This document shows positions 49,829 through 59,349 of a stretch of DNA of 64,000 bases, one piece after another (within the stretch, counting starts at the first letter, position 1; each line of letters begins with the position of its first letter). Source of the stretch: Myxococcales bacterium (GTDB lineage Bacteria > Myxococcota_A > Polyangia > Polyangiales > DASUME01); assembly GCA_047601445.1 (NCBI GenBank), contig JASGJH010000001.1, positions 5,152,001 to 5,216,000 on the forward strand. Reading direction: 5' to 3'. The notes beneath the pieces are model-generated. The model searched no databases. It had not been told where the DNA came from and was given only the letters and a program-made list of their open reading frames with translations. Position numbers and translations under genes: made by a program.

Positions 49829-51415
49829 ATGAAGAAGGCCGTGGTGGCGCTTGGCATTGCAGCAGGTCTTGGGGCAGCCGCAGTGGTGGGCGCATCGGTC
49901 TACACGGGACGTGCGGTCACGGAGCGGCTCAGCCAGCAGATGCGCGAGGTGCAGAAGCTCTTGCCGAGCTTCGAGGTAGTGGAGGAGAAGGTCGAGCACG
50001 GACTCTTCAGCTCGAGCCGCCAGGTCACCGTGAAGCTAGGCTGCTTTCCCACCGCGCTGCCTGGGCTACCGGGCATCCCCGGACTCGCGGCGGGCACGGC
50101 GGGAACGTCCGCGCCTCAGCCGCTGCAGGTGAGTTTCCGCGACGAGATTCATCATGGGCCGTTCCTGGGGGCAGCCGGCTTCGGGGCAGCCAGCATCGAC
50201 ACCGTGTTCGCGCGCTCGAAGGCCGACAAGACGGCCAAGGCCGGCGGGTCCGAGCTCGTGGTGCACAGCGTGGTCTCCTTCGACGGCACGGTGCACGGAA
50301 AGGTCCTGGTACCGGGCGCCAAGGTCGACCAGCCCGATCTCGGTCGCTTCGAGTCCAAGCCAATCGCCGCCACGTTCGAGGTCGAGCTCGGCGACGCCAA
50401 GGCTCCCATCCCGTACTCGCTCGAGGTTCCTCGGATCGACGTCACCAGTGAGGCCCAGGGCGAACAGTTCGTGTTCAAGATGTCGGGCATCAAAGCGCAA
50501 GGCGTGATGCAACCCGCGGCGAACCCGTCGCTGTGGCTGCGCGCCTTCAAGGGCACGAGCAGCATCGCTTCCATGGAGTTCTCCGGCAGGACCCCGAGCA
50601 CCGATGGCTCCCCGCCCGTGCCGATGAAGGCTGTGTTCGACCAGGCGAGCATGAACGCCGAGTCCACGCTGCAGAACGACCTGTTCTCCTCCGAGAGCTC
50701 GATGAGCTTCCGAGCCAAGATCAACGACTTTCAGGTCGACAAGATTCAGGTCAAGAGCGCCATGCGCCGCCTCCACGCTCCGACCTATCAGGCGCTGATG
50801 AATCGCGTGATGGGCACCCTCTTGAGCTGCGACGCCGACGCGCAGCAGCTCGCGTTTCTCAAGCTGTTCTCGGAACTCCAAGCCCAGTTGCCCGAGCTCC
50901 TGCTCCACGATCCCGAGTACGCGTTGGACAACGCCTCGGTGGAGTTGGGCGGAAAGCACGCGAGCTTCTCCTACAGCGTGGGGACGAAGGGCATCACCAA
51001 GAGCGACTTGACCCCCGACGCTTCGCTGCCCGCACTGCTGACGCAAAAGGCCGTCGTGAAAGCCGCGGTGGAGCTGCAGCTCGGCTTGATTGAGCGCGGC
51101 ATCAAGGCCGTGCTCGCGATGGCGCCCGACGCACAGCCCGCGGCCGGCGCGCAACAACCGGCTGCTCAGCAGCTGCCCGTGGCAGGCATCCCGGGCATGC
51201 CCGCGGGAGCCGAGGATCCCGCCCTGATGATGATGGCGTTCGTCGAGACCATGGTCGGCCAGGCCGTGCAAGCCGGCTATGTGATCCGCGAAGGCGACCT
51301 CGTGAAGAGCTCCGCCGCCATCGCCAACGGTGAGCTCTCGGTAAACGGCAAGCCGCTGGCGCTGCCGAGCATGGATGACCTGACGAACGGCGCGCAGTTC
51401 ATGGGCGGGCCCTAG
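49829..51415 (+). CDS. YdgA/DUF945 family exported protein
   Basis: MKKAVVALG...GASVYTG, HGLFSS, IHHGPF, LSVNGKPL. Confidence 0.85.
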   Translation: MKKAVVALGIAAGLGAAAVVGASVYTGRAVTERLSQQMREVQKLLPSFEVVEEKVEHGLFSSSRQVTVKLGCFPTALPGLPGIPGLAAGTAGTSAPQPLQVSFRDEIHHGPFLGAAGFGAASIDTVFARSKADKTAKAGGSELVVHSVVSFDGTVHGKVLVPGAKVDQPDLGRFESKPIAATFEVELGDAKAPIPYSLEVPRIDVTSEAQGEQFVFKMSGIKAQGVMQPAANPSLWLRAFKGTSSIASMEFSGRTPSTDGSPPVPMKAVFDQASMNAESTLQNDLFSSESSMSFRAKINDFQVDKIQVKSAMRRLHAPTYQALMNRVMGTLLSCDADAQQLAFLKLFSELQAQLPELLLHDPEYALDNASVELGGKHASFSYSVGTKGITKSDLTPDASLPALLTQKAVVKAAVELQLGLIERGIKAVLAMAPDAQPAAGAQQPAAQQLPVAGIPGMPAGAEDPALMMMAFVETMVGQAVQAGYVIREGDLVKSSAAIANGELSVNGKPLALPSMDDLTNGAQFMGGP

Positions 51416-51436
51416 TACTGCTCGACTCCATTCATG

Positions 51437-51650
51437 GTCGTTGGTCGTGCCCGCTCGTGCCCGCTCACGCACACAACTTCGCCGTTCAGGTCCAAGTCCA
51501 CGTCGCCGACCAAGTCCAGGTCAACGGGGAGGCGTCCAGCCAACCTCTGCCGGTCGCAAGCGTGGTGATGGACATGAACGACGACTTTGACGGAACTTTG
51601 ACGGCGACGGTGACGGTGTGCGTGAGCGGGCACGCATTGACGGGAACACC
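51437..51650. repeat. Intergenic palindromic element with 19-bp perfect inverted repeat and hexamer-periodic arms
   Basis: CGTGCCCGCTCACGCACAC (51456-74) pairs with GTGTGCGTGAGCGGGCACG (51616-34); inner GTCCAN runs face NTGGAC/NNNGAC runs. Confidence 0.75.
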
Positions 51651-51688
51651 TCGGTCACCACCACGACCATGAAGGTGAGCGCCGCCCG

Positions 51689-52321
51689 TCACTTTCCGAG
51701 CAGCGCGATGCGAGCGAGCGCCAGGTTGCCTTTGAGCTTCTGCACCGCACTCGGTCGATCGGGCCGCAACGAGAGCCCCTGCATGAGGTGCCCCCGCGCG
51801 CGCAGCTGCATCTTCTTCTTGAGCGCCTCGGGCAAGAGCCCTGCCGCCGCAAGGTCGCGCATGGTGGCGATGACGCTGGCCAGGTCCAGAAAGTCTTGCT
51901 GGAAGGCCCACTTGAAGTTGCCGCCGTAGCGGAAGTGGGAACAACCCATGCCGGCCACCTGATAGAAGCTTCCATCCGGGCGCTTGTACGGAGAGATCTG
52001 ACGCCAGAAGCCCACGACCTCGCCCTTGGCTTCGTCGATCAGGATGCGCTCGTAGGGATAGGCCCAGTCCTCGAAGCCCTCCATCTGATAGCCCACGCCG
52101 ATCTCGCGAATGGCCTTGATGCCCCTCACTACGAAGGTCTCGTCGGGCCCGAGGTCCCAGTGGTACTCGGCGTCGTCGGTGTAGAAAGCTCCGAGGTTGC
52201 TCTGCCAGTCGCGGGTGACGGTGGCTCGGTCGTGGGCCTCCACCCAGCGCCGCACCATCTCCTCGAGCTCGGCGCGTGACGCGCGCGGCTTACCCGTGAC
52301 TTGCACCTGCGTGTTCTCCAT
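51689..52321 (-). CDS. SnoaL/NTF2-like protein
   Basis: FYTDDAEYHW, WAYPYERILID..KGEVVGFW, FRYGGNFKW..Q.DF. Confidence 0.85.
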   Translation of the reverse strand: MENTQVQVTGKPRASRAELEEMVRRWVEAHDRATVTRDWQSNLGAFYTDDAEYHWDLGPDETFVVRGIKAIREIGVGYQMEGFEDWAYPYERILIDEAKGEVVGFWRQISPYKRPDGSFYQVAGMGCSHFRYGGNFKWAFQQDFLDLASVIATMRDLAAAGLLPEALKKKMQLRARGHLMQGLSLRPDRPSAVQKLKGNLALARIALLGK

Positions 52322-52575
52322 GGGGTCTCCTCGTGGGTACTGCGCGAATCCGCTCGTGCGGAGCCGACGATATACGCCGACGCAGCACCAGGGGCACTGG
52401 CGCGAGCGAGCGAATGCGCGGTCTTCCATTGGCCCGCCAGCTCACAATTCACTACGCCCCCCGCCCCGTGCTCGGCTCCCTCCCGGCCCGCGAGTGCACT
52501 CAGGGTGATTATCCCGTGCTCACGGTTCCGTCCGGCCCAGGCCCCGCGAACGATGCGCTAACCTGGCGCTCAGGC

Positions 52576-53685
52576 ATGGCCGGACCCCCTCCGATACCCT
52601 ACGCGGGCAGGTACTACACCTTGCTCCAGGCGCGCGCGGCCGCGCCTCAGGCTGGGCTCGGACGGGCACTGACCTCCCACGAAGCCGAGAGCATGCTGGC
52701 CCGCATGATGCGGGACGACCTTGCCCGCGCCAGGTTGCGCGGCGACTACGCACGTATGACGGGGAGCCCGGGCATCACCCAGGTCAAGAACGACGCCATC
52801 CTCGACTGGTTCACCAAGCAGCTCCAACGCCCCCACGCAGGCGGGAGCCTGGTCATGCTGGTGCGCGGGGCAGGCGCGGCCGGGCCAGCCCAGAGCGCGA
52901 AGGCGAGCAACGAACCCCACGAGCTGCGCGAAGCGCGCCGCGTCGACGATCTGGTGCGCGAGCTCGGCAACCACGACATGATGTTCAGCGGCTCGGGCTA
53001 TCGCGTGGTGCGGGCCCCCAACAATGGCCAGCTCGAGCAGCGCTCGAGCCTCGAGGTGCTCGGAGAGCGCGAAGCCAAGCAGGTGCTCTCGGCTCTCGCC
53101 TCCGACCCGCGCAGGCCCGAGCGTCAGAAGCAAGCTCTGGTCAAGCTCGACGAGCTATTCGAGCAGCTGCGCGGCAAGCCCGCGCTCGAGCTACTCGTGC
53201 TGCGCCGCTACCGCATGTACGTGCGACCGCAGGAGCAGGCGGCGGTCACGCCTTCGCAGATGCGCGCGAAGGCCAAGAAGAACGTCACGCTCTGGCTGGT
53301 CGATGAGTGGGGCAATCCCAAGGGCGACCTCGCATACAAGTTCTACTCGCCGAGCGGCGTGGAGCCCGGCAGCTTTCCTCCATCGGGCGAGAAGAAGCAC
53401 GAAGGGCTCGACCCGGGCACGGTGCAAGTGGGCCTCGGCGTGCACCCGGACGACTGGTTCGAGCGCGCCGCGCCGCCCGTGGGTTACCTGGCGGAGGAGC
53501 TCGAGATCAGCTTGCTCGACGAGCTCGGCATGCCCCTCGCGAATCGCAGCTTCACCGCCAAATTCCAGAACGGCGTGTCGATGGGTGGGACGACCGATGC
53601 GAGCGGCTATGCGATCCTGACGGGAACGCCGTCCTATCCGGTCACGGTCGTCTTCGACAACTTCGACATCGAAGATTGGGCGTAG
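52576..53685 (+). CDS. Hypothetical protein with two C-terminal transthyretin-like/prealbumin-fold modules
   Basis: LVDEWGNPKGDLAYKF and LLDELGMPLANRSF...GTTDASGYA...VTVVF. Confidence 0.6.
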   Translation: MAGPPPIPYAGRYYTLLQARAAAPQAGLGRALTSHEAESMLARMMRDDLARARLRGDYARMTGSPGITQVKNDAILDWFTKQLQRPHAGGSLVMLVRGAGAAGPAQSAKASNEPHELREARRVDDLVRELGNHDMMFSGSGYRVVRAPNNGQLEQRSSLEVLGEREAKQVLSALASDPRRPERQKQALVKLDELFEQLRGKPALELLVLRRYRMYVRPQEQAAVTPSQMRAKAKKNVTLWLVDEWGNPKGDLAYKFYSPSGVEPGSFPPSGEKKHEGLDPGTVQVGLGVHPDDWFERAAPPVGYLAEELEISLLDELGMPLANRSFTAKFQNGVSMGGTTDASGYAILTGTPSYPVTVVFDNFDIEDWA

Positions 53686-53899
53686 CGGTCCGGGCAGCGT
53701 GGATACCAGCGGCGCGACGTGAAGCCAAGCGAGACGAAGCGGTTCCCTGTCTCGACGCTTCGTGGTGAAAAAACGTGCGTAAAAGGCGACGGATCAGGTG
53801 GGCTCCGGCCATCATCCAGGTGCCAAGAATCGCCGCGAAATCCGATGAAAAATCGAAACAGATCCTCGAACGAGGGTCACGCGGCAGCACGGAGGAAAA

Positions 53900-54335
53900 A
53901 TGCAGAATAGGTACCTTTCGGCGAGCGCACTCTGTTGGTTGGTCCTCGTCGGATGCGGCGACAGCACCTCGAGCGGCGAGGACCCCGTCTCCAAGGGTCA
54001 GGCCATCGTGAAGGAGAGGGTCTGCGCGAGCTGCCACGGGGCACCGGATGGAACCCTGTCGGGTCAAACCGATCCGCAGCCGCACACCAAGGCCTATCCG
54101 CCGAACCTCACGCCGGACTCCGACACCGGCCTCGGCGATTGGACCGATGATCAGAATCATCGCCGCCATCCTCGATGGTACGGACGACGAGGGCGAGGAG
54201 CTCTGCAACGTGATGCCCAAGTTCTCCTCGCTCGGCATGACTCAACAGGACGCCGAGGACGTCGTCGCCTACCTGCGGAGTCTCGACCCGGTAAAGCGCG
54301 AGATCCCCGAGCGCGTCAGCTGCTCGGACAAGTAG
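53900..54335 (+). CDS. Monoheme cytochrome c lipoprotein; +1 frameshift at ~54155
   Basis: Lipobox LVGC, CASCH, PPNLTPD..TGLGDWTDDQ, then IIAAI...MPKF...DVVAYLRSL in the next frame. Confidence 0.85.
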
Positions 54336-54446
54336 CGCGCAGCACCAGGGATCCATCGCCCCGACCCCTGCTCACGTGGGTCGAAATGGGTGGCTCGGTC
54401 GATGGCGGGGTAGCGCATACTGTGCTGCCTCGGTGCCAGCTCACCC

Positions 54447-55859
54447 ATGACCTCCAAGTTCACCCTGCCGATCACGGCCCTGCTGTGCCTCTGCGTCCTG
54501 CTCTGGCACGGAGTAAGCGGCTGCGCCTCGGAGGCGCGCCTGGCGGACTACTCCCACGTCGAGCGGGTTCCCAATCCCCGCACGACGCACGGCGGCTGGG
54601 TGAGCGACCAAGCGGCCTTGCTCGGTCCCTACGCGGCCAGCCTCGAGGCTCGGCTTGCACAGCTCCATCGCGCGTCGGGCGCAGAGCTTGCGCTGGTGAT
54701 CTTGCCGTCCATCGCACAACAGGATCCTCGCTCCTTCGCCACGGCGCTCTATGAGCGCTGGCAGATTGGCAAGCACGGTCGCGATGACGGCGCGCTGATC
54801 TTGCATGTGGTGGACCAGCGCAGGTTGGAGATCGAGACCGGCTACGGCTTGGAAGCCGCGCTGCCCGATGCCACCTGCTCCTGGCTCGTGCACGAGGTGG
54901 CGTTGCCCTTTTTCCGCGGCGGCGACTTCGCGCGCGGTCACACCGCCCTGGTCTACGGCGTGGCTCAGGCGATCACGCAGCCGCAGGTCCACCACGACTC
55001 CCTGGTCGCGTCGAGCCTCGCCAGCGTGACTGGACTGGAGCCTTACTATCCGTCGGGGACGCCAGCGGCGCCCGCCGCGCACGACGAGCCGATGCGTCCG
55101 CACACGAGTCTGCTCGTAGCCTTGCTGTGCGCTGTGATCGCCATGGCAGCCCGCGCCGCAGCTCACCTGCGCCTCTATCGCCATGCGGAGCGCCGCCCTC
55201 CCTGGCCCTGGCGATTGGGCGGGATGTCGCTCTTGTTCGCGGGCATCTGTTGGGGGAGCTTCTTGTGGAACGGGGAGGCCAACCTGGGCTTCCTTGCTGC
55301 CTTCGTGTTGGGCTCGGCCGCCTTCTTCAACTCCTTGGGCGCGCTATGGACCTACCTGGAGGCGACGAAACGTTCGGCCCCGCGCCACTGTCCGCGTTGC
55401 AAACAGCCGCTCGTGTTGCTCGGAGAGTCCGAAGAAGACGCCCACCTCGAGGCCGGTCATCAGCTCGAGGAAACCCTGAACACGCTCGACCACGACGTGT
55501 GGAAGTGCGCCTGCGGTCTGGTGCAGGTGAGCTCCTATCGCGGGCCGACGCCGGCCGAAGTCTGCAGCGCCTGTAGCTACCGTACCCTCTTGCCGAACGG
55601 ACGTTATGTCCACTCGCCGGCCACCCAGGACACAGCGGGGGTCGAATACCTGTACTTCCTCTGCAGGCACTGCGGTCACGAGACCTTTCACGAAAGGAGT
55701 ATTGCCCCCCACGGGGGAGGCACGCGCCGCGACGAGCGCGAAGCGTGGGGCAGCTCGGACGACAGCCCGGCGAGCGGCGGGGGCAGCTCGACTGCCGGAG
55801 CGCGGGAGAGCTTCGGGGGTGGGTCCACCGGCGGCGGCGGAGCAGGCGGAAGCTATTGA
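54447..55859 (+). CDS. TPM domain membrane protein with C-terminal Zn-ribbon motifs and Gly-rich tail
   Basis: WVSDQAALL, WQIGK...DDGAL, IETGYGLE; CPRC, CAC, CSAC, CRHC; FGGGSTGGGGAGG. Confidence 0.9.
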   Translation: MTSKFTLPITALLCLCVLLWHGVSGCASEARLADYSHVERVPNPRTTHGGWVSDQAALLGPYAASLEARLAQLHRASGAELALVILPSIAQQDPRSFATALYERWQIGKHGRDDGALILHVVDQRRLEIETGYGLEAALPDATCSWLVHEVALPFFRGGDFARGHTALVYGVAQAITQPQVHHDSLVASSLASVTGLEPYYPSGTPAAPAAHDEPMRPHTSLLVALLCAVIAMAARAAAHLRLYRHAERRPPWPWRLGGMSLLFAGICWGSFLWNGEANLGFLAAFVLGSAAFFNSLGALWTYLEATKRSAPRHCPRCKQPLVLLGESEEDAHLEAGHQLEETLNTLDHDVWKCACGLVQVSSYRGPTPAEVCSACSYRTLLPNGRYVHSPATQDTAGVEYLYFLCRHCGHETFHERSIAPHGGGTRRDEREAWGSSDDSPASGGGSSTAGARESFGGGSTGGGGAGGSY

Positions 55860-55939
55860 GTGGGCGGGACACACGCACTCACCATCCTGTCTAACCACCC
55901 CAATGTGCCTTGACCTTAGGTCCCTGATAATCTCTCTGA

Positions 55940-57595
55940 GTGCCTCCCAAGCGCTTCGGCCCCTATGAGCTCGTGCGCCCCCTGGCGACCGGGGGAATGG
56001 CCGAGACTTTCGTGGCTGTGCGGCACGGGCCGGCGGACTTCGAGCAGCGCGTGTGTCTCAAGCGGATCCTGCCCGAGCGCGCAGGGGAACCCGCGTTCGT
56101 GGAGCAATTCCTCGATGAAGCACGGCTTTTGGCCCAGCTGCGCTGCCCGGGCATCGTGCAGGTCTATGACTTCGGGGCCGTCGAGGGCGCGTACTACATG
56201 GCGCTCGAGCTGGTGGAGGGCGCCGACCTCGAGCGATTGTGTAGTGCCTCACCAGTGGGAGACCGCATCAGTTCCGAGCTAGCGCTGTTCATCGCCACGC
56301 AGCTGCTCGTGGCGCTCGACTACGCCCACAACGCCAGCGTCCAGGACCAGCCCCTCAACATCGTCCACCGCGATATCTCACCCTCGAACATCCTGCTGAG
56401 CAGCCATGGCGACGTGAAGCTCACGGACTTTGGCATCGCCAAGTCGAGCCACAGCCGGCACAAGACCAAGACCGGACGCACCAAGGGCAAGCTCGCCTAT
56501 ATGTCGCCCGAGCAAGTGCGCGGTGAAGCGCTCGACGGGCGCAGCGACCTGTTCGCGCTCGGGGTGGTGCTCTACGAGCTCCTGGCCGGCACGCACCCGT
56601 TCGAGGCGAACACCGACCTGGCGCTGCTCCACAACATCATCACGGGCACGCGCCGACCGCTGGCGGCGGTGGTGCCCGAGCTATCGACGGACGTGACGAC
56701 GTTCGTGGAGTGCCTGCTCGCCACAGACGCCAAGGATCGTCACCCCAGCGCCGAGGCCGCGCTGGCCGCCCTCCCCACCCACGGCAGCCAGGTGGTGGCG
56801 AAGCGCGTGCTGGCGAGCAAAGTCTCGCGGTATCTGGCCACGCGGCCGGTGAAGAAGCCATTTCAGTCCCAGGTCCCGCGCAGGCTGAGGAGCGAAATCG
56901 AGGCCTACGACCAGACCCGCGATCTGCCCGTCACCCCGGAGGCGCGCGTGCGCTCCACGCTTCCCCTCGCGAATGGACGCTCCGAGCCCTCCGGCACGCT
57001 GGCGCTCGAGTCGAGTGAGGCCACCCGCGACCTGATTACGCCGAGCGCAACCCCGGAGCGCAGCTCCTCATCGCGCTCGCGGACACGGGCGGCGGTGCCC
57101 CCGCAGACCCGACGCTGGAACCAGCGCTTCAGCTTCAGCCTGGCGCTCGTGGGTTTGCTGTGTGTGGGAGCAATCTGGTTCTCGCTCGCCTCCAAGCCCT
57201 CCGCTCAACCCGCCCAGGAAAGCGCTGCTCCCACCATGCGCGGAGCTCGCCAACGCCTCTCTCAGGGCGCACCCAGCCCCGTGGCGCCCAGGCTTTCCGC
57301 GCTTCCCACGCGCGACGCCGGCCAAGGCTCCGAGAGCGACTCGGCGCACGCACCGCTCGCCGCACCGAGCCCCGCACTGGCGGCGCCTCCGACGACGCCC
57401 GAAGCAGAATCCGGCGCCCCCCAGGCTCAGGCAACCGCTGGCCAGCGCACCAAGCGCAAGCGCGCGCGCGAACCCTCTACTCCGCGGCCCGCAACCACGG
57501 ACCTCACTCAGCCCGCGCCGTCCCCGGAGTCGCCGAGACTGGCTCCCAGCGCACCGAGCCGCAGTGGCCTTGGCGTGTCGGCCGAGGACTTCTAG
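55940..57595 (+). CDS. Membrane Ser/Thr protein kinase (myxobacterial Pkn type)
   Basis: LATGGMA, CLKRIL, HRDISPSN, DFGIAK, YMSPEQ; C-terminal TM and Pro-rich tail. Confidence 0.95.
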   Translation: MPPKRFGPYELVRPLATGGMAETFVAVRHGPADFEQRVCLKRILPERAGEPAFVEQFLDEARLLAQLRCPGIVQVYDFGAVEGAYYMALELVEGADLERLCSASPVGDRISSELALFIATQLLVALDYAHNASVQDQPLNIVHRDISPSNILLSSHGDVKLTDFGIAKSSHSRHKTKTGRTKGKLAYMSPEQVRGEALDGRSDLFALGVVLYELLAGTHPFEANTDLALLHNIITGTRRPLAAVVPELSTDVTTFVECLLATDAKDRHPSAEAALAALPTHGSQVVAKRVLASKVSRYLATRPVKKPFQSQVPRRLRSEIEAYDQTRDLPVTPEARVRSTLPLANGRSEPSGTLALESSEATRDLITPSATPERSSSSRSRTRAAVPPQTRRWNQRFSFSLALVGLLCVGAIWFSLASKPSAQPAQESAAPTMRGARQRLSQGAPSPVAPRLSALPTRDAGQGSESDSAHAPLAAPSPALAAPPTTPEAESGAPQAQATAGQRTKRKRAREPSTPRPATTDLTQPAPSPESPRLAPSAPSRSGLGVSAEDF

Positions 57596-57656
57596 CGCGC
57601 GGTTCCTAAAGCCCCGTGCGCTCGCGACGCTCCGCATCCAGAGTCGACGCCAGAGG

Positions 57657-59349
57657 TCATTGCGACTCGACGGCCCCGAGGTCCGGATAGTCGATGCGTA
57701 CGTGACCGCGCAGGTCGAATTCCGGCGCCGCGCTGGGGTCGGCGCGATCGATGCACGGGGACTCCGAGAGCAAGCTGACGTCGAACTGCAAGTCGACCCC
57801 GCCGTCGCTCGAACGCTCGGGTGGGTCCGCAAAGAGCGGATCGGCGTCGATGTTTCCAGTGTCGTCGGTGGTGCAGCCGCCGCCGTCAGCCTCCGTGCTG
57901 CAACCGCCTTCGAAGTCACTGTATCGGATGCTGGGTACCTTGTAGACCGCCATCACGGGACGGCCGCCGTTGTCCCAGAGGATGCTGTTGCTGATGCTGA
58001 GGTTGTTGCTGTCTGGCGTGTTGAGGTACGCCACGTCGCCTCCCAGCCGCGCCGAGTTGTTCACGAAGGTGGAGTTGACGATGGCGAGCCACGCATCCTG
58101 CCCCTCACTCGAGGCTGCACCGCCGAAGTTCTCGCTGCGGTTGTCCACGAAGATGCTGCTCACGATGTGAAGCGGGCTGAGCGTGGTGTGCAGCGCGCCC
58201 CCGTTGTCCACGCTGGCATTGCCCACGAACACGCAATCCTCGATGCGAATCCCCGGCGTATAGTCGGTCTGCATGGCCCCGCCGACGCGCGCCGTGTTGC
58301 TCACGAAGCTGCTGCCCTTGAGCTCGGGCGTCGCCCACGAGTTGGCGATGGCACCTCCGGCGGACGCCTCGTTTTCGCGAAATTCGCTGTTCTCGATGCG
58401 AGGCGAGCATCCGTAGTTGTACAAAGCGCCGCCGCCCTCGCCAGAGTTACGCACGAAGTGGCACTTGCTGAAGACGGGCGCACCGTCCCAGTTGACCACT
58501 GCCCCGCCAGTGCCGAGGCTCGTGTTCTCCACGAACCCAGTGTTGGCGAAGGCAACGCTGGAGTTCACGTTGAACACGGCGCCACCCGACTTGGCCCAGT
58601 TGCGCGTGAACACGCAGTTGGCGACCTCGGGGGATACCTCCTTGTTCAACATGCCGGCACCACTCGCCTGCGGAAATGGTAGGGCGTAGTCCTGTTGAAG
58701 CGCGGGGGCGGTGCCGTCGGCCTGACCGCCCGTGATGGTGAAGCCGTCGATGCGGGCCGAGTCGGCACCGAGCACCACGTGATAGGCATTGTCCGAGCTG
58801 TCGCCCACGACGCCGAGGTCTCCGCTGAGGATGGTGACGTTGCGCTCGAAGTCGCGATCCTTGCGCTTGCGCTCTCGCCCGGCGAAACCGCCGTAGACGG
58901 CGACACCGGTGCGCAAGACGATGCTCGCGTCGCGGCCCCCCTCGGGGCTGGGATAGTACAGGCCGCTGGCCACCCAAACTTCGCACGGCGCAGTCGCCTT
59001 GGCGGCGTCGATGCCCGCCTGGACGGTCGGGATGGCGCGCTCCCAGCTGGCGCCGCAGCCCTCCTCGCACTGCGAGCGCGCGTCCACGTACACCACGCAC
59101 TTGTCGCAGCCGATTCCGAGCGCGCATTGCGCCACCGCCGCGTCCCAGTCGTCGACCTCGCTTTCGTCGTCGCCAGCGTCGATGCCGGCATCACTCGGGT
59201 CGTCGTCCTCGGTGGGCCACTTGATGGATCCGTCCACGCACTCGACGGCGTCGCGAGATCTCGAAGCTAGGGGTGTTCAGGTTGAGCGAGCACGCGCTGG
59301 CGCACGAGGCCAGCAGGATTGCGCCCAGCGCGGTGATCTTCGAAGCCAT
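57657..59349 (-). CDS. Right-handed beta-helix (pectin-lyase/PMP-repeat) lipoprotein; +1 frameshift at ~59254
   Basis: ATG 59349 overlaps the upstream stop and encodes MASKITALGAILLASCASAC, which joins the 59237 ORF after a one-base deletion. GGA..N/F..N repeats; SPCIDRA...DLGAVE. Confidence 0.8.

Noticed and set aside
51437..51650. CRISPR array or small His/Val-rich ORFs
   Set aside because: There are no identical direct repeats with unique spacers and no cas genes. The ORFs simply reflect the hexamer periodicity.
55910..55931. TTGACC...GATAAT sigma70 promoter before the kinase
   Set aside because: The spacer is only 10 nt.
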